DNA from: Raja brachyura
Lineage: Eukaryota
Direction of reading: 5' to 3'
DNA: 64,000 bases
NCBI GenBank assembly: GCA_963514005.1
Contig: OY740787.1
Span: 69,440,001-69,504,000, forward strand
The stretch's first letter is position 1. Each line of letters starts with the position of its first letter. The notes below the pieces were generated by a model. The model ran no database searches. It saw only the letters and a list, made by a program, of their open reading frames with translations, and had not been told where the DNA came from. Shown here piece after piece: positions 26,051-38,427 of the stretch. The translations under genes and the position numbers were made by a program.

Positions 26051-29000
26051 AATTTTAGTTTTGTTTCTGGTAAGATAGCAAATGAATGTAACTGTCATAT
26101 ATATTTGATGAATAGCGCCCTTTGCTTCTTACTATGTGCTACCAGGCGACAGTCATAAGTTGCAGTAGGCTGATATACTGACCTTCTATTCGGATTAGGT
26201 TTAACATTTTGGAGCAACTATGATAAACTTCAGGTGCAAAAAAAATGTATCTGCTATATCTTGGAGGTGGGAGGTAAACATTGGTAAGACTGCGGTGGGA
26301 TTATTATTAAGGCGTAGTTTTGTGTCATGAAATGGCGTGGATTTTACGGTTTAGTTGTGCTTTATTGCAAACAATGCCGGCTGTCATGGCATCTGCTGCC
26401 TATTTGTACACAGCGAAGTAGAGGCCTGAGCTGATATTGAATACCACGAGTCATATATTTTGTGTTCTTTGAGACGTAATGGAAGACTGTAAATGAGATT
26501 CAGCGAGAACAATTGCAGGTACTTACGTCAACAGAAAATATATTCATGGCCATTTCATGCCTTATATTTTAGCCGATGCGTTGCTTTAAAAAATGAAACA
26601 AATGTTTCCTTTGAACCTACTGATTTGCGTTTACAGTTAATTAGTATTTATTTCTTAGACTTGTGGACTAAAAGAGTATTCACAAAACTATAATTGTGCG
26701 CTAGACTCATTTAAAGAATAGATGGGAGTGATTGATACCCTGAATAAGAACAATCATGGGTGCATTTTATAAGGTAATAAATTAACACAATTCTGATTTT
26801 CTGAATCTATGTGAGTGCGAGGAACTGCATTAAAGTATGCTTTACATATATTATAAATAATGCGATGCAGCAATGCACAAGTCTGATCTGGCTCTTTATT
26901 CTAAGCTTTTCTTTTCCACCCAGTGAGATGTAATAATTTTATAATTAGGATGCAGATTAAAAGTGTATTCCAGTAAACATTTTCTGTTACAACACCGAGC
27001 AGAAATGTTAAACTTGCTCTGAAGGAAAGGGAAAGGAATCTGCAAACCGTATCACCATAACCAGCAGCGAAAGTATTCGTAACATACCAATAAATATTCC
27101 TCAATAACTGTAAATTACACTGTTGGGTTTAGTGGCATGCTTTGACAGCGCCGTTCCTCCACCTCTCTCTGAAGGTGTAATTAAACTGTATAAATTGCCG
27201 TGGCAAATACACATGTCTGTGAAAAAGGATTTTATTAAATTGATTGGAGATATTTTAACAATATGAACCGCCGCACTTATTGCTTCCGTTCCTTTTGTCA
27301 TATCGCACTTCTGGAAATTGAATTTGTGCTGTCGTCACGTGTGTAAAGTCGACGTTCGTTTCCTTTTTAAATAAATTATGCATTAAAACAATAACCTATT
27401 AATTCAGTTATTCGCCGATGACAAATCTGCGGTTGTGAAGCCAAGTTGGGTTTTTTTAAACTCACTACAACTCAGTATACCCTGCCCTTAAATTCTTATC
27501 CAGCAAAGAACCAGGCAGACAAGAATCAATGAAAACGGTTTAATTACAACTTTTTCATTAAATCGAAATAAAGTATTATGGTGTGGAGGGTCAACAACTT
27601 CCAACCCCGTTATAAATCACCAGTCGTAATTCCTGAAAGGGCGCAAGGCTGCCGAGGCCAGGCGAAGATTGTAAATCTCTCCATTTTATTGCTCTATGAA
27701 CATATGCTGTGATCGAAGACGTCTTCGAACCCCCGTTTGATTATATTCCTCGTAAAGCCCGGTTCTCACAGTGGCAAGCATTAGCACTTAGTTGTTTTTT
27801 TTCTCTTAAGTCTCCTCATAAAATTATCAGCGAAGGCATAAAATGGTCTATTTACATTTGTGGGGTCGAACATAATAAAACTGAAGCTATTTCCCAAGAC
27901 CCAAGTATTGTTAACGGTATTAAGGTTTAATTCTCTTCACAAATTCACATTGCATAGTCTTCATTTTATGAACGGTGGTCAGAAGATAAAGAATGGAACT
28001 TGTTCAGTACAGTTTTGGTGGAGGAAAGTGATTCTTTAGCTAAACAGTGAGATGTAACCGTTTTATTTCCTTTTAAATAATTTATAATGCAGTAATTGCA
28101 AAGCAATATTTCTATAACGACCATATAGAGCCACAGAGGGTAAAGTAATTTAGATAAATGTTGCGTTAAGCCAGCGCAAGGTGCAATAAGGTCATGCATT
28201 ACTGTCAATAGAAATGTTTTTTATTGCGATTAAATTACAGACAAATGTTTTGGAGGTTAAAATAGTTTCTCATAGCATTTAACAGAAATATTAAGCAGTT
28301 CGATAAAATGCAACTGAAAATTAATATTCCAGAACTAAAAACATTATAATTCAACAAAACAATTGCAGGAGGGAAAATACAAAATAAGATCAGAAGCTGA
28401 ATGAATCATTTCCAGCGTTCAGTTCCCACCGGCTCCTGTGGTTTAAAATGCCTCGCCTGAAAGAGAAAGGGAACATTCCCGCATTAGTTCTTGGTCTACC
28501 CACATCAATTTCACCATATAAATCTCCAGTTCAGAACGATGATTAATTTGTCCTCCCCGGAAAGAAAGTAGCTGAGAATGACCGAGAAAATCTTATCTAT
28601 TCGTAGCTTTATATTTTTAAGTATCTTCTTAACTGCTCCATTGCCTATCCCGGATAAATAGGAAATCCCTATTGCTTTCCCGGATTGTTGTGAACACTTC
28701 ACAATACTTGTCCAAACATTCGCTTATTTTGCCGCCATTGCCGAATTTATCATTCTATGCTCATGTCTTGAGATCAATTTATAAATAGTGCTTTAAAAAA
28801 ATCTAAAATATTTCACACTGAGACAAATAATTTATGTCAATGCTTTGCTTCGGTTACATTTATTTACGAAATCTGTTCGGACAAAAAAAAATCCTTCTTT
28901 TTATAGTTGAAGAAAGCAATGCAATAATTAGCTAAATGCACCGGGAAGAAATAATGATGTACAATATATAGCCCCCGAGACGGCGAAATAGCAATAACAT

Positions 29001-29204
29001 ACAAATCTATTGTTCATTTTGGTAAACGTGCTACCGCTCGGAAAAACGATGCCAATGAAGTCTAACTATACTATCCTCTTTCAAGTAAGGGTCAAAATAT
29101 CATTTTTTCATTTAACTCCCCATTAGTGTTCATGGAAGAAGTGACTCAAAGCTCCTAACTATCCATATTAAAGAGATGCTAGTGAGGTAACGCTGGCTTA
29201 AGTT

Positions 29205-29592
29205 ACTGGCTCAATCAGAACAATCTGGTAACACAGATCACGTGAACAAATATGCCTGTATTTTAAGGCAGCGCCTATATTTTCTGATTATAAAAGGTAT
29301 CCGTTGTACTATAAAATTCATAAAAGGCAACATTTTAAAAGGAATACATACCGGTTTGTAAAGACCACTTTCTCGTTGATTGCTCGATTATGAAATCTCG
29401 ATTTAGATTTAAAGCAAAAACACCTCTGTACGCCGTTTTTATTGGTAGTTGTTTCTGAGACTGAAGCCATTTCTATCGGGAATACCGTCTGCTTTTCGTA
29501 TCGAAATGTCTGTAAAGCTGCAAGATCTAGTTTAAGACAGCATTGTCTGCAGACAAACGGCAGAGGATATTATTCGCAGCTGCAGGGTAAGA
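29205..29592 (+). promoter_or_regulatory. Candidate HoxD3 promoter and 5' non-coding exon
   Basis: TCTGG-N9-TCACGTG module, TATAAAA boxes at about 29289 and 29309, and a CAGG|GTAAGA donor at 29587. The HoxD3 coding exon begins at an acceptor (CCAG, 38374), so an upstream exon is expected. Confidence 0.55.
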
Positions 29593-30742
29593 GATTATGT
29601 TTGGGAAGCACAGATATATGATAAATTGACACACAGGTAAGCAATCGTTTGATAAAATGCAACCTTTAGCAGTAAGTTTGCATAATCCCGGCATCAGAAG
29701 GGCATATAGTTATTTCCAAATTGTATGAAATTCTGATACAAACGTGCATTGCTTCCATTTCAGTCGTAGATCAGAAAAATGATTTTGTAGCAAGGAAAGT
29801 CGATTTTAAGGAACATATTTGCTGTTTCACGAAAGTGCACCATTTGAGAAAGGTCAGATCGGGCAAACCAGAGCAGTCTCAGATTTGTCTTGTGGCTGTA
29901 TTTTAGCTGATTCGGCAGTTTTAGGTAAAATGAAAACGAAATAAAAAGGCACAGAAACCCAGGGAACTTTTCAAACTGTCACAAGCAAACTTAGATCGTA
30001 AATCACATTAATTTGTTGTCTCTAGCTTATCGTCAGGCTGCAGTCTTCCGTGATTTATGCGTTTCAGAAATATATTGCGGGGTAAAGTTATTGCAGCAGC
30101 CTGTATAAATTATTTCTCAATTAAGGTTATTGTCGTTCAAGGAAAACAATTTGTGAATTTCGAAGAACTTGGTATAACAGTATTTCAAATTTTATTAAGT
30201 ACAAGAGATCGAGTATTATTTTTTAACTTATTGCGGTCCTGCCAGAGGATAGTCTCTGTAATTGATTAAATGCAATATTTTTCTAATTAAACTCTTTATT
30301 TTTGGCCACTTCTTGCAAAAGATAAAACAGTCCTGTTTTGACCCCATTTGTTGCTGATTAGGCGATCATTTCATTGGAATTAAATGTTAAATGTTGACGT
30401 AGTTTTTCCTTCCAGTTCTAGAAACGCATTCACTTACAGTTGTTAAATCTGATGTAGAATTCAGCTGTATTTCTTTCCAGTCTTAAAATATAGAGTGCCT
30501 TGTAATTTCCACGTTTAGACATGATACTTTAATATAATTATGGCACGCAGGATGTTTTTTTAGATGGATGTAACGTACGGCCAAAGGTGTTTGAAGTTGC
30601 TATCTAAGAACACGGATTAAAATTGTAAACTGTTGTATTAATCGTCATTATGAATGGAGGTCCATTGTTTTCTTACGTCAATGTGTTTATGTGTATCTAT
30701 TTGTGAGTATCTGTTTGGGACATTTTCTCAGAATATTCACAG

Positions 30743-31080
30743 NNNNNNNNNNNNNNNNNNNNNNNNNNNNNNNNNNNNNNNNNNNNNNNNNNNNNNNNNN
30801 NNNNNNNNNNNNNNNNNNNNNNNNNNNNNNNNNNNNNNNNNNNNNNNNNNNNNNNNNNNNNNNNNNNNNNNNNNNNNNNNNNNNNNNNNNNNNGTGGGTG
30901 GGTGTGTNNNNNNNNNNNNNNNNNNNNNNNNNNNNNNNNNNNNNNNNNNNNNNNNNNNNNNNNNNNNNNNNNNNNNNNNNNNNNNNNNNNNNNNNNNNNN
31001 NNNNNNNNNNNNNNNNNNNNNNNNNNNNNNNNNNNNNNNNNNNNNNNNNNNNNNNNNNNNNNNNNNNNNNAGAGAGAGAG
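30743..31080. other. Assembly gaps or masked bases (N runs 30743-30893 and 30908-31070) within a GT/AG microsatellite
   Basis: N runs flanking GTGGGTGGGTGTGT and followed by (AG)n. Confidence 0.95.
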
Positions 31081-34000
31081 AGCGCGCTCCTCTTCGGTCG
31101 GTTAAAAAACTTTTGACTCGAACATTTTTCATTGCTGCATGCCTGGAAGCTGCCGGACTGCCATGTTAGTCAGCTAAATCCAATTACTGTGAGTAGCATT
31201 TCATTTTGCTCGATGGGGCCACTCACTTATAACTTCACCTAAAATTTCAATAAACCTCTCCTCAGCTCTCGCCATGGTAAATATCAACGTCTGTCTGATA
31301 GTCTACCCTTCAACTTTTCATCTCTGAATAAAGGCGAAAACTTTTTCAGGCCCCAGTACAGTAACTGCTTTGGACTCAGAACTACACTCGGCTATATTAT
31401 CTTCTGGTAAGCAGTACAACTAATAAGCACATCACTATTTTCGGCTCTGTTCCCCCCCCCCCCCCCCCCCCCCCCCTGCAAACCTAGTCTGGCAATTTAG
31501 TAACGTGAGAGAAAGTTTTCAAAACTTTTCCGTTAGTATTCTTTCCACTAACGTCATGTACACGATTAGATTGCCTTTAAGGTTCTATGGCCGTAATAGT
31601 AGAGCTCGCTCGCACTTCTGCGAAATTAGTAAGCAAGATGATTAAAAACTTACCGTACAGACCTCGCTCGAGCACATTTCTCAAAACCATCTGAAAGTAA
31701 CCAATTGTTTAAAGTTTGAGCAGCTTACTGGTTCCTTGGAAAGTGGCGAGTTTACTCTGCAAATACTTACTTCCAGTGATTACAGGGAAATAAAAGCTTA
31801 TAAATTGACGTGTGGCCACGTGAATACATTACACACATTATGGTGGGAGGCATTGGACCCAGGACCTAATGCCTTGACGACTGTGCTTTGGATCCTCTTC
31901 TAACTTCAAATTATATCGACACAAGTTGGTGAGGCTAGTTTGTAAGGTGCTGCGTCTTAGTAGGATTAAGGAGGGATAGAGAAACCATGGTGAAGTTGTG
32001 TGATGGGCTGTATTGTGAGCTAGTGGAGGCGCTTCCGTTGGTTGTTCATTAAGCGGTGAGTTATTGCTGTACATGCCAAAGGTCATTTCAAAGGCTTATG
32101 ACTCTTACATTTTGTCAGCTAATGACTGGGATTTCTTTATGCATTTGATCTGCCACAGTTGCTGTTTTTTTCTTAAATTTAGTTCTAGATTAAAGCATGC
32201 ATTTTAAATTGATATAAAATCGAGTGGTACAATTTTTGCATGACTTCAGCTTCGGCGTATGTTCTATCGGCCTCTTTCACTGGAATTTTGAGTCTTTTTG
32301 GAGGCTCCAGGAGTGCACTGTTAATGCATTTTAGTGACTTGTTGTATAACCAAGCTGTTTCTTGGCTGTATTATGAATATGCCCAATCGATATAAAATAA
32401 TACGTACGTGATGTTTGGTATCCCAATGACAAAGCATAACCGTCTGTCAATATGATACATTATTCATGAGTTTTATATATGGCGCCAGGCTCCTTCTTGC
32501 AATCCTCCATATTTGTATTGTTTTGTGCGTTTATGTTAAAATGTTCGACAACAGCGGTAGTCCCCCCCCCCCCAGTAAATACACATAGCTAAACATGAAC
32601 GGAATAGAAATAAATATCTAACGGAGGCATGCTGATATCGTCAGGTCGGTGTAGGTTAGACGAAACCGAAAGATCACACGATACAAATTCGAGATTTTTA
32701 TTCCGTACGTTGTTCAGGCCCAGCTTCTATTAAAGGGCCACTACAGAAATATTTGTTCTCGTAAAGTGTACACATTCACCCTTCAGGCACAATGCTGATT
32801 CTCTAATTGACAGTTGGATCTGAAATGCTCAATGCTATCCATAGATTTATCATTCTGCAATAACAATCTGAATTAGGAACACAGCTTGTCTTAAATTATA
32901 GGTTATGGTATTCAAATCCTTATGAAGCAGTATTTGTCGAATATCACCGCCTTCAAAAAAATCTAATTCGAATCTTTACCGTCACCAAACCTCGTGAAAC
33001 TCGTTCTTTGACTTTTCAAAACAAAATCATCGAAAACGTGACTCACGGTCATTTATCACACAACAGTGCAACCAATAACACTTTGTTTACAATTTCTGAA
33101 GGAAAAAAAGCTGATGCTTAGTTTATTTCTGCTTTCATTTAAAAGCCAATCAAACGCATTCGTTATTTTATGAAAGCCCACAAAGAAACATTGCTTTATG
33201 TCTTCTTAATAAAACATCAATTTTTTTAAAAGTCTTCTCAACCTGCTGATTGTTGTGTTCTTCGATAGTATCCGGGGAGGTGGCCTGAAATATATGTGAT
33301 ATACAAAAATATTATTAATGCATTTGAAAAAAAAAACCTGTAATTACATTTTCTTTCAGAACAAAGCCAGCGGCCTCTGGTCAATCAGGACAATTTCCAA
33401 ACTCAATCCAAAGAAAAACAGATAGAAACATTGAGTGTGGTGAGTTGTTCCATTTTTGCTTTTTTACGCTTTGAACAACACTGCATTCGGTCCTGCTCTG
33501 GGTTCTGTGTGTAACTGAGATTTGCCAATGGAGAACTAGCTCGTGATTCGTAATTTTATGCCATGGCCAGTAAAAATAACCACATAAAACAGCAACGAAA
33601 CACGTTGAACAGGCAGGGACGCGATCTTTGAATTCTCTTTGTAGGTCTCTTCAGCAGTTGCCGGCTATGAATCTGTTTCTACTTTGTACAGGAAACATAA
33701 AGCTTAATTCTAAAAGTTGAGTTGCATCTATTGATACTTTAAAAATGTAGATCATGTAGGCCCACACTCGAGTTAATGGATTGAAAATAAGAGCATAATG
33801 AACATTTGTTTAAGCTCACCACCTCACTGCTATTCTTAATGCACAGAATGAGCGATGTTTGTAGTCAGTCTTTAAACCTGAGCCCGTTCCGTTAAGCCTG
33901 CAATAGCTATCTGGGAGAGAGATTTATGAAGTCTTGGAAAGTGATTCGTTCGAACTGTGATGTTGCTCCCCCACGCTCCCACTCCCGTTACTATAGGTCC

Positions 34001-35818
34001 GGTTCTATTGCAACATTGTTGCTTAATCTTTCTCGTTAAAATTAAAATTGCAGCGTTGCTTTTATCAGCTTTTGTGCTTTTACATCTCTTGTCATTCTTG
34101 GTTACCCAAAATACCTAGTTTATAATTCAATTAAATTACACGGTGGGCTCATAAAATCAGATCATTATGTAGTTTTGATATAAGGGCCACATGATTCATG
34201 TAATCTTGGCAGTCTACTGTAGATGTGTTTACTGACAAAAAACAACGTAGGAAAGAAAACGTTATAAAGATGTTGAAGGGGGAATCGGGTTGTATGTTAG
34301 TTCAATGTAATCTTTTTGACTGCCTAAGTTGCTGTACCAGTGTCCTGGGTAGACTAAGCAAATCATTTCAATTTAAATGCAAGTTTTTAAATGTGGAAGC
34401 TTCAGGGACTAGCCGCGGATTTGTTGGGGATTGCGTGAATCAACTTGAAATATGGGCAGATGTGCCTATCCAGCCGAATTCCTTGTCAGAAATGATCCGC
34501 AGAATGTAAACACAATCAATGTCGTTACATTCCAAAAATAATAATCTTCCAGCGAGTAATAGCTGAAGGCAATACATATTTTAGTAGGCATTTTAACAAA
34601 ACATATCCCAACAATTAAGTAATGTGTAGAAAAGCTACGGTTAAACTCACCACACATTTTACAGTGAATTCGCCCGCTAATCACTAAGTATTACAAAACA
34701 AAAACACATTGGTTTTCAATTTCCCCCTTTTTTCCTGACTTCATACCTGAAATCAAGTATTTGATTTCAAATGTGCTCCCAGCTTGCATTTATCAAAGAC
34801 AAGTTTCAGATCCTCCAGCTCCAGCCACGCGATTCAGCTACATGTGAAAAGTTTGTCACCAACAACGTTTTTAAAATTCCTGGAGCACTTTCAATGCCTT
34901 ATATAAAATCCTGCAAGAACTTGCGAAACGCCTCGTAGGTAAGAAACTTGCGGAGTATGGACATTCTTTTTCTGGTCTTTCCTCCTACGCTCCATCTATT
35001 TTACACTTCTGAAGATACCAACTCTTTGGAAAGTGTCTGCTCCCCCCCCCCCCCCCCCCCCCCACCTTCTGGAATGAAGAGTTTACGACTATGGAACACG
35101 CTGCCATAAATGTTGCGTAGCACATAATGACAGGTGCTTTCATATGCACTGTGAGAACTCTGTCTTCTTAATAACATTAAATTGCTCACCCTTATGACAT
35201 AGTTTTTTTACATTCTTAGGATACTCTGTACTCTATTGATGCGGGACTAAAGTTAAAATAGACGGGAAATTAGTATTTGCTTGTTGTTTGGTTGATAAAA
35301 CTGCTGGTCAGATGCCCGATCGTAAGCACAAAACTGTACCAGAACGATTAAATTGTTGGTTAGAGCACATCGGCTACAGATTAGAAAAAAACGTGACAAA
35401 TGGCGTGATTTTGATGTTTTCTTGCGTATCGAGTCCTGTCGCAAAAGTTTAATGTGACACCGCCCTCCACATGGGACTTGAGAGTTTCGACAATGGGGAA
35501 TGGAAATTTAGCTCATTGGCCTCCATCCGTTTCTGGAACAGCACTATTCCCTCCTTCGGTTTTCCAGTTTTCTTAACTAACATTTTACACTTATGTCAAC
35601 AAAAGACAGATCTAATAAATTGCTACTTTACATTTTCTGCCACGGGTTCTACGATTGTTGACCATGTATCAATGAATGCACCGAAATAAAGTGATGGTTC
35701 ATAGCAAGGTGTTACTTATCAAAGCCATGTATTAGGTGATGCACCCTTGCATTTAGAAAACATGTAAGGTAAGAAAGATCTGAAAGATGAACGCAGAAAC
35801 AGTTGACCATTGTCCAAG

Positions 35819-35862
35819 TGATTTATGGCCCATGGCTGCGATTTAGGTTCAAGCAGAGTTCA
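35819..35862 (+). promoter_or_regulatory. Hox3 upstream DR5 RARE with adjacent Pbx/Hox site
   Basis: GGTTCA-agcag-AGTTCA at 35846-35862 and TGATTTATGG at 35819-35828. Confidence 0.82.
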
Positions 35863-38427
35863 CAAGCAGTTGGTATATCTGAGCCAGATTTGCAGCTTCA
35901 CTACCGCCCCCCCCCCCCCCCCCCCTCCCCTGCCCCACATTGCCTTTATATTAATGCAAGTTTTGATTTTCTGAAGATAGCACTTCCAAATGAACTACAA
36001 ACGTTAAGGCCGGTTGTGGTGGCGATGGTTCAGAGCCCATGGGAGTAAACAGTATTACCTTCTTATCTCACACACATAACGCTGATTAGATGGGGAGACG
36101 GGGTGGGGCAAATAGAAATGTAATTAGATTTCAGATTAAAAAGCCAAACAAAGAGCAGAAATCTAATGCCAAATTTATTAAACTAAAATGGCGAGCATGG
36201 ATACCACGGGAAAGCTGGGTAACAGAATACAATAAAATATATGGAAATGCATGAAAACGGGCAACGTAGATCAGGAAAGAGGGGAAAAATGAATTGCTTT
36301 TTTTTAAAGAACAGCATAGATGTGTGCACGTGTGCCGAGTTTCTACATTGGAGGCCGCGGATCATAAACCTCATATTTCATTATAATGTCAGGTCTTGTA
36401 TGGCTGAAGGCTTTTTTTTCTCGAAATGAATAGAAAATCTATTTGTGACGTGATATAGTAGCCAGATAAGTCATACGTCCAATATTTGTGACGATTTATA
36501 CAACAATGTTTTATTTAAATAGTTTTATAGACTAAGTGCTATATTCAAAACTTAAATCCCAGGTCACTCATAATCGTGTTATGTTTCAACTTTATGCATT
36601 TCACTGCGATTTGTTTTGATGTGATTTGTGACCATTTAATTCTGATCACACCTATAACTTTTTAGTTTAACACATAATTTACGGCGGTCTAACCGGGAAC
36701 TAGACATTCGCCTCAATCTAAGGGACTTGATTTTATTGCTGACCACAACAACCAACCGCCCAACACTCCACCATCACCTCCCCGCACGCCCCCCACGCCC
36801 CCACCGCCCAGTTCACTCAGACACCGGCCTTTTGGGAGGTTTTCTTACTACGTTAGGTTAATTCCGTGAAAAAGGGCTTTTGCCAAGAATTTGCGATAAA
36901 TTAAATATAATTAGCTTACTGATGCCGTTGCAAATAACTAAATAATGTTTGTTTAATTGGCACTAGGGTCGAGAGAAAGTACATGTATAAATATATATTT
37001 AAAATTAACATGATAAATTATGATATTTCAGTTTCTTTATCTGTAATATTGTTTATTTAGCCAGTTTCAAAAGTCTAACCTTCTTTGTCTGCTTCAGTAT
37101 CAGTTTCAGTATCATAAACCGTCTGTTGACTTTAAAGATGATGCTTAATGCTATAAAATACAATAATTCGATGATTTCTGTTTCAGTTTTGCGCGCTTAT
37201 GTGTTTATCTATTTTTCTATATGTTCGTATAAGTTTATCCAATAGTATATTATTTCATAGACATATGCTGGAAACAGCAGAGTGCAAATGTGAAATGCTG
37301 ACTTAGTTATTTCTCTGTTTTAATTAGAACAAAGAGTTTGAATAGATGCTAGTTATACTTTAACTACAATGCCTATCCCTGTCATAAAGCAAAACGTGTA
37401 ACAGAAAGAAAAAAAATCGCTTAAAACAAACCTTTCTTACGTTGAAGAAAAAGAAGGCAACAATGGTGAGGGTACACTTCGCTGGTTTTTCAGGTTTTGG
37501 AACTGGTCCGATCCATCATGTCGTGCGTTACAGCGTCCGGGCCACAGAATAAAACGGTCTGTACCCACAGCAAATGCTGCAGGCAAATAACTCGCCTGTG
37601 ACTGTGGTTTTTTCGCTCTTTTTAAGAGGGGCCTTTTTGTTTCTCACCATTATAAAAATGGCCTCAATCAGTGAAGTCAACTGGAATAGCACTGTGTGTC
37701 CGACCGAAATCCAGTCATATCAAGCATGACAGGGGCATATCTAGCCTTCTGCAATTTCCATTCACTATGGGGATATTCAATAGGAAAATAGGAGAGCGTT
37801 TGTTTTTTTGGTTGGTTTCTACATGATGTGATGCGTTTCAGATCGCAGAGCTGATCAGTTTTCTTAACATTCCTTTATAATATTATTTGGTAAATGAATG
37901 AAAATAGAATCGTTATGAATGGGTAGTTTGTCTGTGGTGGATTGTAGTAATTGGATAATGCAGTGTATAACAAATAATAACAGTTGATAGCCGAAGAAGT
38001 GGAATGCAATTGTAATAATTTATATATAATTTGAATTAAAAGCATTTGATATGGCTGGTGTAAATTATCACTAAGAGCTATATACAAAATTTAAACTAAC
38101 TGCTTCCAACTCAGGAAAGCACCAACTCTTTAATCCATTAGAAAACTATAATGATTTCCATGAAATTGTCAAATAAAGTACTTTGGATTTCGCCAACTTA
38201 CTCATTTCCCCATGAAATAATAATTCTTAAAGTTGTAGGAGAGGAAATGAACAAGTGTGTTAATGGCAGCAATGCCAAATGTTATTTATGATATATTTTA
38301 TTTTAGTTTATGCACTGAATTAACTATGATTCTTGATGTTTCATTTTTATTATGTTTTGTTTCACACCATCCAGGAACTTTGCATTCTGTCGATTGTGGT
38401 AAACGTGCCGTGTGATCAGAGGTGTCA

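Noticed and set aside
30654-31169. ORFs of 67-171 aa containing X runs
   Set aside because: Artefacts of N gaps.
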